64,000 nt of DNA, from assembly GCA_963828195.1 (NCBI GenBank), contig CAWHDT010000007.1, positions 160,001 to 224,000 on the forward strand, read 5' to 3'. Every line of letters starts with the position of its first letter. Within the stretch, counting starts at the first letter, position 1. This document shows positions 1 through 10,380 of the stretch, piece after piece. The notes below the pieces were generated by a model, which worked only from the letters and a program-made list of their open reading frames with translations, did no database searches and was not told the origin of the DNA. The position numbers were made by a program, and so were the translations under genes. The stretch is from Candidatus Bathyarchaeota archaeon (GTDB lineage Archaea > Thermoproteota > Bathyarchaeia > Bathyarchaeales > Bathycorpusculaceae).

Positions 1-20
1 AGATAAAGCCGATCTTCTTT

Positions 21-225
21 TTTTGAAAGAACAACAACACCTAGAATTCAACTGTTGTTCTTCTCGGCAATATTTATTTTTAAAAGAAGAAGAAGCTTCA
101 GAAAACAATTTTTCTTCTTCTTCTTGCCATATTTGCGTTGTTTTTTTGGTGTAAATACTAGGTAGGTCTATAGGTAGGCGGTTTCTGGTCAGGGTTTGTT
201 TTGCGTTGCCTTGTTGGTTTAGGGG
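21..225 (+). repeat. Dispersed palindromic intergenic repeat, copy A
   Basis: TTTTGAAAGAACAACAACACC..CAACTGTTGTTCTTC..AAAAGAAGAAGAA..TTCTTCTTC..CCATATTT..TTTTTGGTGTAAATACTAG aligns with 39665-39870. Confidence 0.85.
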
Positions 226-360
226 TTAAATCACAGCCATTGCAGTCAGGTGCCTTTGGGAAAAAGCGCTGTTCCAATACAAGAAACATATTTGGGGCAT
301 CAACAGGATCCAAATAGACAATCAACCAGCCATTTTAGATAATTCTGGAAAAAGGATTAA

Positions 361-405
361 AGAAATTTGCTGGTGGCAGAGACTATATTTGAACTCGTGA
401 TCTCT
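361..405 (-). mobile_element. Degenerate duplication of tRNA-iMet 3' half (att-like remnant)
   Basis: 39/45 nt identical to 1160-1204. Confidence 0.8.
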
Positions 406-790
406 ATTGGTGCCTTAAAAAACAGGAGTTAATAGCCTCTTCAACAGGGTGAAAACGATGCTTTGACGCTCAAAATCATCTTTTTGTCGGTGACAAAGAC
501 TTCTAATTACTTTTCAATGTATCCAGGACGCAGCCGACAGCACAAGTGACTTCAGGGTTCTTTGGTTTTGACAGCTTTTTTTCTGGAATAACAGTGACTT
601 TCATCCTTGCCTCATAATCATGAAGATTAATAGGTAAACTGCACATTTTTTCGACGCCTCTTACATGTTTCAAAAAAGCCACCGATGCCTTTAGGGTTAC
701 CCAAAATATTTTATATAGAAACTCAAAAGCTCAATATAATATCGTGTGACATATAGCCCTAAAGTTATATCCACAAAAACGGAATGATTT

Positions 791-817
791 TGTTGGCAGC
801 GGGTGGCTAGATTTGAA
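791..817 (-). mobile_element. Second degenerate tRNA-iMet 3'-end copy (att-like remnant)
   Basis: TGTTGGCAGCGGGTGGCTAGATTTGAA vs tRNA TGTTGGTAGCGGGGACTAGATTTGAA. Confidence 0.6.
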
Positions 818-1097
818 GGGACTTTTCCGAAAATACCAATCTATCGATGAAATCTTCAGCTGCCCTTATTTTCTGGTCCATTTCTTCCCGATGCTCGTAA
901 TAGTAAGACAACGCGTCATGCACTTGCTCGAGTCTTAAATGAGGGTGAGCGGTAATTATGTCATCAGGCGAGCAGTTCATGTATTCATACTCAACAGCTA
1001 TGTCAACTACCCTGATGCGAGTACCCACTATAACAGGCGAGCCATTGCAAATCTTCGAATCGACCTAGACGTAGGGATGTTCAGTTTTAGTTTGCAA
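807..1097 (-). pseudogene. DUF433 family (antitoxin-like) gene with in-frame TAG at codon 11
   Basis: TTG start after GAGAGG; MQTKTEHPYV*VDSKICNGSPVIVGTRIRV...ALSYY matches DUF433; TAG at 1065-1067. Confidence 0.75.
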
Positions 1098-1169
1098 TTC
1101 GAAACCTCTCAGATTAAATGACTTCCAGCATCTCTTAACTTTTGCCATAGAAACCAGCGAGAAATTTGT

Positions 1170-1248
1170 TGGTAGCGGGGACTAGATTTGAACTAGTGAT
1201 CTCTGGGTTATGAGCCCAGCGGGTTAATCCTGGCTACCCCACCCCGCT
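1170..1248 (-). tRNA. tRNA-Met(CAT), initiator type
   Basis: AGCGGGG acceptor with A1, GGG/CCC anticodon stem around CTCATAA, GTTCAAATC T-loop, encoded CCA. Confidence 0.95.
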
Positions 1249-1375
1249 AAAGGTTGCTAACAATTTTGTTTTAGCATCTATTAGTTTCTTAGTCGAATAT
1301 TAATAGTTTCTTTTTCCTATTGTGGCAAAGCATTTTAGAGGCGACTTATACTTCTTTGGCGAAGGATGTTAACCG

Positions 1376-2047
1376 ATGGATAAGGCGTATTTGCGCAAGC
1401 TTTCAAACCCGACTTTGGAAAACCCATTTTTTATTCAAGGGCTCCCAGGTTTTGGGAACGTCGGCAGAATAGCGGCGCATCTGCTCATCAAGTTCTGCGA
1501 TGCTAAGCCTTTCGCGGAGTTGTATTCGCCTTCTTTTCCCGATTACGTGTCGATAACTGCTCAAGGCATAGCGCATTTGCCGCGGTACGAGTTTTATTAT
1601 GCGCCTATGGTGAAAAACAACTTGGTCATTATGACGGGCGAGATTCAGCCGTCGTTTGATGATGTGGTTGCTCACTATGAGGTCTGCGAAGAGGTTCTTG
1701 ATTTTGTTGAAACGTTGGGTTGCCACTTCATCGTAACCATGGGGGGCATACCGATAGCTGAGGATAAAGCCCAAGTTTACATTGCAGCTACTTCACCGAG
1801 GTTGGCAACGGAGTTTATGGAAAAAGGCGCGGTTATTTACAGTAAAGGCAGAATCGTCGGCGGCACAGGGCTGACTTTGGCGATGGCGAAGGAAAGAAAA
1901 ATCGACGGCGTCGGTTTGCTTGGAACAACCACAGGGTTTAAGGCTGATCGTGAAGCTGGGTTTCTTGTTTTCAAGTTTTTGATGAAGGCTTTAGGAAAAG
2001 AGATAAAAGAAGGTTTAGTAGAGAACAATGCACCAGAAGAGCAGTGA
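1376..2047 (+). CDS. PAC2 family proteasome assembly chaperone
   Basis: GLPGFGNVG N-terminal motif, TMGG, IVGGTG. Confidence 0.85.
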   Translation: MDKAYLRKLSNPTLENPFFIQGLPGFGNVGRIAAHLLIKFCDAKPFAELYSPSFPDYVSITAQGIAHLPRYEFYYAPMVKNNLVIMTGEIQPSFDDVVAHYEVCEEVLDFVETLGCHFIVTMGGIPIAEDKAQVYIAATSPRLATEFMEKGAVIYSKGRIVGGTGLTLAMAKERKIDGVGLLGTTTGFKADREAGFLVFKFLMKALGKEIKEGLVENNAPEEQ

Positions 2048-2292
2048 GAGGGTGTACCATGACTGAAGACGAAAACGAAAGTGTATCCGGCATATACTCG
2101 AAATTTTGGAGAATCACACTGGTAATTGTCGCGATGCTTCTGATCTTCGCGGGCCCAACTTACGGTTTCTACGCTTTGGTGAAAGTCCTGAAAATACACT
2201 ATTTAGTCTCTGTGGGCGGAGGCATCATCATGTTTGTGGTGGGCATGGCGCTCATGGTGTTTCTAATCAGAAAGAAAATGATTACAGTTTAG
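2044..2292 (+). CDS. Small two-TM membrane protein
   Basis: Two hydrophobic segments; overlaps PAC2 stop. Confidence 0.7.
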   Translation: MRGCTMTEDENESVSGIYSKFWRITLVIVAMLLIFAGPTYGFYALVKVLKIHYLVSVGGGIIMFVVGMALMVFLIRKKMITV

Positions 2293-2471
2293 TTTGCCTC
2301 AGATACCCCAGGGTGCATCATCAATCAGCAGTTTAGATTCTTCATCGGCAACCCATAGAAACAGCCCTTGTTTTATTTAACTATTCGTTGAATTTTTCGA
2401 TTGAAACTTAACTACAAATATGCTTCCAAAATACACAAGTCATATTAAATATTAAGATAGCAATAACTGGT

Positions 2472-3059
2472 ATGCAGGAAAACAGCCACAGAAGCTCGGA
2501 AGCGCCGAAAGAGAAAAGTGAAGAAACAAAAAGAACAACTATCATCCTTGAAAAAACCGAGCGAGAATTCATTGAATCTCTAATTAAAGATGGGAAAGAG
2601 CCTGGAATCAAACCGTTAATCTCCAAAATGCTTGACATTTACAGAAGCATGATGATTTATGATTGGCGTTACCCCGGCGAATATTACTGTGGAATAAGCC
2701 GCATCGCACTTGTCAACGTGGAGCTACTTAATATTTTGACACAGCAGATTCCGAGGGAAAAGTGGCTTGAGGTCGGCGAAAAGATGGGTGATGCATTAAA
2801 AGTTTCTATCCAATCCACCCTGGGAATTGATGCGGGCGAACAGGAAAATTGGGAAAAGATATTTGAAAGATTAAAAGTGCAGGGATTCGGAGATTTCTAC
2901 CTGAAAGACAAGTTTCTGCTGATGAAAACGCCGTTCATTAATGACTGCGAAATTTGGAGGGGCATCATGGAAGGATTATTAGGTGTGGAACTGGAAATCA
3001 GAAATTCGGCGCCTCCGCTGGTTTTCGAAATCAAGAAACCGAAGCCGCCTCAAATTTAA
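2472..3059 (+). CDS. Putative regulator (RHH-like N-terminus, V4R-like C-terminus) upstream of his operon
   Basis: RTTIILEKTEREFIESL N-terminus; QGFGDF and GIMEGLLG resemble V4R-type domains. Confidence 0.55.
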   Translation: MQENSHRSSEAPKEKSEETKRTTIILEKTEREFIESLIKDGKEPGIKPLISKMLDIYRSMMIYDWRYPGEYYCGISRIALVNVELLNILTQQIPREKWLEVGEKMGDALKVSIQSTLGIDAGEQENWEKIFERLKVQGFGDFYLKDKFLLMKTPFINDCEIWRGIMEGLLGVELEIRNSAPPLVFEIKKPKPPQI

Positions 3060-3307
3060 CGCCATCCAATCTTTCGACAGTTAAATATTAGGAAAACAGT
3101 TTATTAGGAAGCAGGCGGCAGGTGTCTCTCAGTGGTACATGATGAGGGATTGCGTTCATACAAGGCGATTGCGTTCATTAAAGGCAATCGAAAACGTTTA
3201 AGCATAAAATCGAAAAGATATTTGTTATCAGGCGCGTTCCTTCAAAAAACCGTTTTGTCAAAACAAAAAACCCTTAGAGGTTTCTCTAAAAATTTAGGTG
3301 AAAAATT

Positions 3308-4306
3308 ATGGATAAAATAAAATTTGCCATCCCAAAAGGTTCTCTGGAAAAAGCTACCGCGGAGTTCTTTTCTAAATCAGGCTTTAAAATCGGCGGAACC
3401 GAAAGAACATACCGCCCAAGCATTAACGACCCCCAAATAGAACTTAAAGTCCTCAGACCCCAAGAAATCCCCGTTTTTGTCAACGAGGGCCTGCAGGACC
3501 TTGGCATCACAGGCGAAGATTGGGTGAAAGAAAACCGTGCAGACGTTGAAGTCCTGCAGAACTTGGAGTATGGAAAAATCAGGCTTGTGATAGCTGTCCC
3601 AAAAACCTGCGAAGACGCCACGATGGGCGAGTTCATGGAATCCATCTGGAGCCAAGGCAAAAACTTCCGCATCAGCACAGAATACCTTAACATAGCTTCC
3701 GAGTACCTGAAAAGCACGCCGCAGTACAAGAAGCGTTTCGGCGACGCCGACCCCATGCTTGTCACGCCTTGGTGGAAAAAAGGCGACAACCCCAAAGCCA
3801 AAATCTTTTTGTCCTTCGGCGCAACAGAGGCGAAACCGCCGGAAAACTCGGACGCCATAATGGATGTTACTGAAACGGGCACTACGATTGAAGCAAACAA
3901 CCTGAAAATCATAGACACCGTCATGAAGTCCGCGGCAATCCTTATCGCCAACAAGAAGGCGATGGAGGATCCAGAGAAAAGAGAAAAAATCCACGACATA
4001 TTAGCGTTGCTCAAAGGCGTTGTGGATGGGTCAAAGAGAATACACATTTTCGTCAACGTCAAAAAATCAAACCTGCAGAAACTCTTAACGGAGTTGCCAG
4101 CCTTGAAGAACCCCACTATATCACCGTTGGCAGATGACACGTGGGTCAGCGTCAACACCGTCATCGAGAAAGACTGCCTAATTGCGCTGCTGCCGAAAAT
4201 CCGCAAATTAGCCCAAGGCTTGGTGGTGTATGAGCCGCGGCAGGTGCTGGCTTTAGATGAAATCGGCAAAAGAGAGGAGAATTCGTGCAAAAGCAAAGCC
4301 AAGTGA
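3308..4306 (+). CDS. hisG: ATP phosphoribosyltransferase (long form)
   Basis: FAIPKGSL, RPQEIP, DLGITGED, GATE, TGTT; C-terminal PTISPL domain. Confidence 0.95.
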   Translation: MDKIKFAIPKGSLEKATAEFFSKSGFKIGGTERTYRPSINDPQIELKVLRPQEIPVFVNEGLQDLGITGEDWVKENRADVEVLQNLEYGKIRLVIAVPKTCEDATMGEFMESIWSQGKNFRISTEYLNIASEYLKSTPQYKKRFGDADPMLVTPWWKKGDNPKAKIFLSFGATEAKPPENSDAIMDVTETGTTIEANNLKIIDTVMKSAAILIANKKAMEDPEKREKIHDILALLKGVVDGSKRIHIFVNVKKSNLQKLLTELPALKNPTISPLADDTWVSVNTVIEKDCLIALLPKIRKLAQGLVVYEPRQVLALDEIGKREENSCKSKAK

Positions 4307-5586
4307 AAATCTGCAAAGCGGAAGAGCTGCCACCTGACTGGTTTAAACGGCAAACCGCAGACGCAAAAGCCGCACGTGAGTTTCAAGACAAAGTCCAAAA
4401 CGTTATAACACGAGTTAGAGAGCGAGGCGATGAGGGCTTGCTTGGGTGCATAAGCGACTTTGATAAGTGTTCATTGACAAAAAAGACCCTCAAAGTCAGA
4501 AAAGAAGAAATTAAAGAAGCCTACACAAGAACTAGCCCTGACCAAGTTTGCTCATTGAAGTTCATGAAAGAAAGAGTTGCCGCCTTCCAAAAGCAACTGC
4601 TCGCTCAACCTGAAATCTGCAGTGAGAACGATGGCATACGGGTTCGAACCGTTCTGCAGCCCATTGAAAGCGTCGGCTGCTACGTTCCAGGAGGGCAAGC
4701 CGCGTACCCGAGCACGCTGGTCATGACTGCGGTTCCAGCCAAAGTAGCAGGCGTCCCACGGATTGTCGTTTGTTCGCCATCCGACACAAAAGGCAAAGTT
4801 AACCCGCTTGTTCTTGTCGCCGCCGACATCTGCGGGGTCGATGAGGTCTACAAGGTTGGCGGAGCCCAAGCCATAGCCGCCTTAGCCTATGGAACAAAAA
4901 CCATAAAGCCAGTGCGGAAAATCGTGGGTCCAGGCAGCAAATACGTGACAGCCGCAAAGGTTCTGGTTTCAACGGATGTGGCGATTGATATGCCAGCGGG
5001 TCCAAGCGAAGTGCTAGTGTTGGCTGATGAAATGGCTGATGCGCGGCTTATTGCCTTTGACATGATTTCGCAGGCTGAACATGGCGGAGACAGCGTTGCC
5101 GGACTCATAACAACTTCCGAAAAAGTTGCCCTGCAGGTTCAAAAAAATCTCGCAGCGCTAGCCGCTTCAGCAGAAAGAGGCGAAAAAGTCCAGGAGGCAC
5201 TGGCCAAATACGGCTTCATAGTTGTCTGCAAGAGTATGAATGAGGCAGTCTGCTTAGTTAATCAGTTTGCGCCTGAACACTTAGAAGTCATGACAGCAAA
5301 GCCCAAAGAGATCGCAGAGAAATTGACCGCCGGCCTCATACTTCTGGGTCCATACAGCCCCGTTGCCCTGAGCGACTATGGCAGCGGAACCAACCATGTG
5401 CTGCCGACAGGCGGGTTCGCCCAGTCGTTTTCAGGCTTATCTGTTTTGGATTTTATGCGGCGGGTAAGCATAGTTGAGAGCACAAGAACAGGTCTTGAGC
5501 GGGTGAAAGACAGCGTCAAAGTTATGGCACAAGCAGAAAATCTTCCTAACCACTACAAAGCGATAGAGGCAAGGTTCGAAAAATGA
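4285..5586 (+). CDS. hisD: Histidinol dehydrogenase
   Basis: GCYVPGG, GGAQAIAALAYGT, DMPAGPSE, SQAEH, APEHL, GTNHVLPT. Confidence 0.97.
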   Translation: MQKQSQVKICKAEELPPDWFKRQTADAKAAREFQDKVQNVITRVRERGDEGLLGCISDFDKCSLTKKTLKVRKEEIKEAYTRTSPDQVCSLKFMKERVAAFQKQLLAQPEICSENDGIRVRTVLQPIESVGCYVPGGQAAYPSTLVMTAVPAKVAGVPRIVVCSPSDTKGKVNPLVLVAADICGVDEVYKVGGAQAIAALAYGTKTIKPVRKIVGPGSKYVTAAKVLVSTDVAIDMPAGPSEVLVLADEMADARLIAFDMISQAEHGGDSVAGLITTSEKVALQVQKNLAALAASAERGEKVQEALAKYGFIVVCKSMNEAVCLVNQFAPEHLEVMTAKPKEIAEKLTAGLILLGPYSPVALSDYGSGTNHVLPTGGFAQSFSGLSVLDFMRRVSIVESTRTGLERVKDSVKVMAQAENLPNHYKAIEARFEK

Positions 5587-6701
5587 GCGCATCCTACAGG
5601 CAGTGGCTAAACGGTAAACTTGCAAAGCTCCAAGCGATAGACTGCTATTCAGCGGGAGCCACTCCTGAAACCGTGGCGAAGCAAATCGGCGTTTCCCCCT
5701 CGGAGATTGTGAAGCTCAATTTTAACGAAAGCCTTTTTGTTGACAGGGATAAGCAGGCGGAGTTGATCGGGGAAGTGGCTCGCGAACTTGATTTGCGCCT
5801 GTACCCTGAGGATGAAGTGCCCAAGTTCTACCTCAAACTTTCAGGTTACATCGGAGCGCTCCCTGAATTCCTTGCGGTTGGCAACGGCAGCGATGAGCTG
5901 ATAGACCGCATCGTGAGGCTCTTTGTCGACGAGGGCGAAGTCATGGTGTCATTTGCGCCGACGTTTAGCATTCCTAAACTCTGCATAAAGAGGCAGAAAG
6001 GCGAATACATTACTGTGCCGCTTCGAAGCGACTTGCAGCTTGACGTTAAAGGGCTCATTTCAGAGTTCAGCAACAAAACAAGGCTGCTGTACCTTTGCTC
6101 GCCAAATAACCCAACATCCACCCAGTTCAAAGCGCAAGATGTGCAAGCCTTGGCCAGAGCCTTCCCAGGCATAGTCATCTTAGACGAGGCTTACGGCGAA
6201 TTCGCCGATTACTCGTTTGTTCCACAGATACAAGATTTCCCCAACATGATTATTCTGCGAACGTTCTCCAAAGCCTTCGGGTTGGCATCACTGCGGCTTG
6301 GCTACGCCGTGGCAAATCCGGAGTTAGCCAAAGCCCTCAACGAAAAGTCTCCGCTGCCTTACCCCGTTAGCGGCTTCACGCTGCGCATGGGCGCTAAAAT
6401 GCTTGATAACGTGGATTTGATGGAGAAAGCCGGCAGAGAACTCCTTGCTGAACGGGGAAAGCTGATAAAGGCACTGAACAAAATAAAGGGTGTGCAAGCC
6501 TTCGATTCGCAAGCCGACTTTGTGCTGATGAACACGCAGAAACCCGCGGACGAAGTAAACGAGAAACTGCTCCAACGCGGCATCATGCTCAAGAAATGGG
6601 GCAAAATCCTGCAGTACGAAAACTGCTTCCGAGTGACAGTGGGTTTGCCAGAAATGAACGCGAAACTAATTGAAGCGTTAAAGCAAATCGTAGGGGAATA
6701 G
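5583..6701 (+). CDS. hisC: Histidinol-phosphate aminotransferase
   Basis: KLNFNES, GNGSDE, SPNNPT, DEAY, RTFSKAFGLASLRLGY. Confidence 0.95.
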   Translation: MSASYRQWLNGKLAKLQAIDCYSAGATPETVAKQIGVSPSEIVKLNFNESLFVDRDKQAELIGEVARELDLRLYPEDEVPKFYLKLSGYIGALPEFLAVGNGSDELIDRIVRLFVDEGEVMVSFAPTFSIPKLCIKRQKGEYITVPLRSDLQLDVKGLISEFSNKTRLLYLCSPNNPTSTQFKAQDVQALARAFPGIVILDEAYGEFADYSFVPQIQDFPNMIILRTFSKAFGLASLRLGYAVANPELAKALNEKSPLPYPVSGFTLRMGAKMLDNVDLMEKAGRELLAERGKLIKALNKIKGVQAFDSQADFVLMNTQKPADEVNEKLLQRGIMLKKWGKILQYENCFRVTVGLPEMNAKLIEALKQIVGE

Positions 6702-6702
6702 T

Positions 6703-7278
6703 ATGAGGACAGAAGAAGTTTACCGTAAAACAAAAGAAACTGAAGTGCAAGTGAAAGTGAATCTTGACGGCGAAGGAAAAATCTGCGTAGCCACAGGCGT
6801 GCCCTTCCTCGACCACATGATAGCCTCCTTAGCCACCCACAGCCTAATCGACATAACGGCGTCGGTGAAGGGCGATTTGGTGCACCACTCAGTGGAAGAC
6901 TTAGCCATAGGCTTAGGAGAAGCATTGAACAAGGCGTTGGGCACACGAGAGGGCATCACGCGTTTTGGCAATGCTGCCGCCCCAATGGATTGCTCGCTAG
7001 CTTTTGCAGCTGTGGATTTGGTGAAGCGCCCATACTTCAAAATTGACCTGAAGCTTAGGGGCAAAAAAGTGGAGAATATGCCGACCGAGGACATAGTGCA
7101 TTTCTTCGAATCCTTCGCCACCTCGCTTGGGTCAAACGTCCACGTCTACGTCGAGTACGGCAGCAACGACCACCACAAAGCAGAAGCAGCAGTGAAAGCC
7201 CTCGCCCTATCGCTGCGACAGGCAATAGCCATGGATCCAAGACGCAAAGGCGTACCCAGCTCCAAAGGTGCGATGTAG
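6703..7278 (+). CDS. hisB: Imidazoleglycerol-phosphate dehydratase
   Basis: RKTKET, FLDHM, HHSVED, NDHHKAEA, PSSKG. Confidence 0.97.
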   Translation: MRTEEVYRKTKETEVQVKVNLDGEGKICVATGVPFLDHMIASLATHSLIDITASVKGDLVHHSVEDLAIGLGEALNKALGTREGITRFGNAAAPMDCSLAFAAVDLVKRPYFKIDLKLRGKKVENMPTEDIVHFFESFATSLGSNVHVYVEYGSNDHHKAEAAVKALALSLRQAIAMDPRRKGVPSSKGAM

Positions 7279-7884
7279 TTGGCAAAAGCAGTTATCTTTG
7301 ACTACGGCGTCGGCAACCTGCTCAGCCTGAAAACGGCGCTGGAAAAAGCGGGCTTAGAAGCGGAAATCGGCACTTCAGCAAAAGACTTAGCTGAGGCAGA
7401 CGCGATTGCCCTGCCGGGCGTCGGAGCCTTCACGCCAGCAGCATCAAAACTGGAGTCGGTCAAAGAAATCCTCGTTAAAAAAATTCAGAGTGGAACCCCA
7501 CTGCTCGGCATATGTCTGGGTTTGCAGCTTTTCTTTGAAAAAAGCGAAGAAGGACCGGGAAACGGCTTAGCTCTCTTCAGGGGCGAAACGGTTCAGTTGC
7601 CCCGCACAGTTAAGGTTCCGCATATGGGATGGAATACCCTGAACATTGTAAAACAAAACGAGCTCTTCGACGGCGTCGCTGAGGGCTCATTTGTTTACTT
7701 TGTGCATTCGCTCTACCCAGTGCCAGCAGACAAAAAAATAGTGGTGACGCAGACCGAATACGGAACAACATTCACCTCGGCAGTCGCCTGCAAAAACATC
7801 TACGGGACCCAGTTCCACCCCGAAAAATCAGGCGACCTAGGCCTGAAAATCCTCAGAAACTTCGCTAAGGCAGTGGTAAGGTGA
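7279..7884 (+). CDS. hisH: Imidazole glycerol phosphate synthase, glutaminase subunit
   Basis: DYGVGNL, GICLG, PHMGWN, QFHPEKS. Confidence 0.97.
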   Translation: MAKAVIFDYGVGNLLSLKTALEKAGLEAEIGTSAKDLAEADAIALPGVGAFTPAASKLESVKEILVKKIQSGTPLLGICLGLQLFFEKSEEGPGNGLALFRGETVQLPRTVKVPHMGWNTLNIVKQNELFDGVAEGSFVYFVHSLYPVPADKKIVVTQTEYGTTFTSAVACKNIYGTQFHPEKSGDLGLKILRNFAKAVVR

Positions 7885-7888
7885 CATA

Positions 7889-8617
7889 ATGCAGTTAATT
7901 CCAGCTATTGATTTGATGAGTGGGAAAATCGTGAGGTTATCGCGCGGAGAAGCAAAGACCGCTAAATTCTATGAAACCCAATTCGGAACGCCAGTTGAAG
8001 CGGCGAAACGTTGGCGGGACGAGGGCGCTGGCAAACTGCATATCATCGATTTAGATGCAGCCTTTGGAACCGGCAATAACCACGCAGTCATCGCCGAGGT
8101 TGCGAAAAACATCAAATTGCCAATTCAAGTCGGCGGCGGAATACGCAGCTATGAAACAGCGGAAAAACTCTTCCAAACAGGCATAACCCAAGTGATCCTT
8201 GGCGCGTTAGCGTTCAGCGACCCCGCGGCTATTGGCAAAATCCAGAGAAAATTCGGCTTCGACTCAGTAATTGTTGCTTTAGACAACAAGGAAGGGCTGA
8301 TTATGGTTGAGGGCTGGAAAACCGCAACTGCCATGACCGTGGACGAAGCACTTGAAAAATACACCGCCATGGGCGTACGCTACTTTTTAATAACTTCCAT
8401 CGCCCAAGACGGCATGCTTACGGGTCCAGACTTGCATACGCTCAGCCAAGCCACCCTGCATCCCAACGCCAAAATCATTGCAGCAGGCGGAATCGGCAGC
8501 ATCGGCGACTTGGCAGCTCTCAAAGACATCGGTGTGGAAGGCGCAGTCATCGGCAAAGCCCTTTATGAAGGCAAATTCACTCTAAAGGAAGCCATACAAA
8601 AGATAGGAGCCACATAG
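7889..8617 (+). CDS. hisA: ProFAR isomerase
   Basis: IPAIDL, HIIDLD, QVGGGIR, GKALY. Confidence 0.96.
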   Translation: MQLIPAIDLMSGKIVRLSRGEAKTAKFYETQFGTPVEAAKRWRDEGAGKLHIIDLDAAFGTGNNHAVIAEVAKNIKLPIQVGGGIRSYETAEKLFQTGITQVILGALAFSDPAAIGKIQRKFGFDSVIVALDNKEGLIMVEGWKTATAMTVDEALEKYTAMGVRYFLITSIAQDGMLTGPDLHTLSQATLHPNAKIIAAGGIGSIGDLAALKDIGVEGAVIGKALYEGKFTLKEAIQKIGAT

Positions 8618-9421
8618 ATGCCGCTTGCAAAACGCATTGTGCCATGCCTCGATGTTGACCAGGGAAAAGTTGTGAAGTGCATAAACTTCCTCAACCCGAA
8701 GCGGGCTGGCGACCCAGTTGAATTGGCAAAACGCTACTCAGACGACGGCGCGGATGAACTGGTATTTCTGGACATAACCGCGTCTTCTGAAAAGCGGGAC
8801 ATTTTGCGCGGAGTTGTTGAAGGGGTCGCGAAAGCAATAAGCATCCCGTTCACCGTGGGCGGCGGAATACGCAACGTCGCTGATGCACGTCTGGTTTTGT
8901 GCAGCGGCGCCGACAAGGTTTCAGTCAACACCGCAGCCGTCGAAAACCCCAAGGTCATCACCGAGTTAGCTGACGTTTTCGGAAGGCAATGCGTCGTATG
9001 CGCCATTGATGCTAGAAGAAATGGCAGCGCTGTCGACGGCAAAACCATGGTTGACACTGCTGAGGGCAAAGTCTGGTTTGAAGTTGTCACTTACGGTGGG
9101 AGAAAACCCACAGGAATCGACGTTTTAGCTTGGGCGCTGCAGGCTGAGAACCTTGGGGCAGGCGAGTTTCTTGTGACCTCTATGGATAGAGACGGCACAA
9201 AAGACGGCTACGACATCGAGTTAACCCGCTCAATCTCCGAACGCGTAAACGTCCCAATCGTTGCAAGCGGCGGCGCCGGAGTTCCTAAGCACCTATTCGA
9301 CGTGTTGACTGAAGGAAAAGCCGATGCGGCGTTGGCAGCCTCCATTTTCCACTACAACCAGTACCCAATTCCTGTGGTGAAGGATTACCTACGGAAGATG
9401 GGGGTGACAATCAGACAATGA
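8618..9421 (+). CDS. hisF: Imidazole glycerol phosphate synthase, cyclase subunit
   Basis: [30 protein letters not shown]. Confidence 0.97.
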   Translation: MPLAKRIVPCLDVDQGKVVKCINFLNPKRAGDPVELAKRYSDDGADELVFLDITASSEKRDILRGVVEGVAKAISIPFTVGGGIRNVADARLVLCSGADKVSVNTAAVENPKVITELADVFGRQCVVCAIDARRNGSAVDGKTMVDTAEGKVWFEVVTYGGRKPTGIDVLAWALQAENLGAGEFLVTSMDRDGTKDGYDIELTRSISERVNVPIVASGGAGVPKHLFDVLTEGKADAALAASIFHYNQYPIPVVKDYLRKMGVTIRQ

Positions 9422-9768
9422 CAAATGCAGAAATGCTGGATAAGCTTGATTTCAAAAAAGGCAACGGGCTCATCCCAGTGGTTGTGCAAGATGCAAAAAC
9501 CAAAGAGGTTCTGATGCTGGCTTACGCGAACCGACAAGCCGTCGAACACACGCTGAAAACGGGCAAGGGCACGTATTGGAGCCGCTCACGCAATGAGCAG
9601 TGGGTTAAAGGAGAAACTTCGGGGCACACACAAAAAATCGTTTCCGTCTCTACAGATTGCGACTACGACGCGCTAATTTACGTCGTTGAGCAGACAGGTC
9701 CCGCCTGCCACACAGGACAATACAGCTGCTTCTACAACAAACTATTGGAAACACCCAAAAAACAATAA
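9418..9768 (+). CDS. hisI: Phosphoribosyl-AMP cyclohydrolase
   Basis: YWSRSR, KGETSG, DCDYD, ACHTG..SCF. Confidence 0.96.
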   Translation: MTNAEMLDKLDFKKGNGLIPVVVQDAKTKEVLMLAYANRQAVEHTLKTGKGTYWSRSRNEQWVKGETSGHTQKIVSVSTDCDYDALIYVVEQTGPACHTGQYSCFYNKLLETPKKQ

Positions 9769-9772
9769 TCTT

Positions 9773-10001
9773 TTAGCGTAGAATAAAATTTTTTCTAAAT
9801 TCTTTGCTTGATTCACGAATTGCTTCAAGATCCTCATCAGAAAGAAGCTGTCTTAGATCCTCGAAAGCTTTCTTACCTTTAAGCTGCTGCCCCTCGGTGC
9901 ACGTTTCGAGGAGAAATTCACCCCCAGGTCTTATTGCCCTTAGCAATTTCTAATTGCTTTTTAACTTCAGTAGGAAGCGAAATTGAAGTAAACTTAGCCA
10001 A
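9773..10001 (-). pseudogene. Frameshifted VapB-like antitoxin (~75 aa)
   Basis: TTG start MAKFTSISLPTEVKKQLEIAKGNKTW; one extra G in a G5 run gives TGA; removing it restores GEFLLE...SSKEFRKNFILR*. Confidence 0.65.
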
Positions 10002-10112
10002 ATTTAAATGCCCGTCCTTAAGTATATTTTTCAAATAACCCTAAATGCTTTATTCAAATAATTCCTTCAAAATCAGAAAAGGGAAGTTTGCATAGTTCTC
10101 TAGTAATGATTT

Positions 10113-10283
10113 ATGGAGATTGAAGTTCAAAAGCTGCCCAAAGCTCTGCGAAAGAAGGGCATTGAGGTTAAGTTAGAAGAGATTTGCAAAGGAAGCGATG
10201 TTATTTTCCTGGAGGTCTTTGGGTCTTTTTTGGAGGCGAACAAAACAGGAAAAGCGACGTTGATAATGTTAAAGACAATTTAA
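10113..10283 (+). pseudogene. Truncated/frameshifted minimal nucleotidyltransferase (MNT)
   Basis: ..IFLEVFGSF then, after a shift in a T-run, GEQNRKSDVD (GS..DxD motif); rest missing. Confidence 0.6.
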
Positions 10284-10380
10284 AGTGTGTGCTTGAAGGT
10301 CCATTTAGCATTTTAAATGGTGAAACGTTGAAGAAACTTTTATGTATTTTAAGTTAATATCATATTAATACGGTGATAAC

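Noticed and set aside
3286-9090. Long antisense ORFs over the his operon
   Set aside because: Shadow frames of well-supported genes
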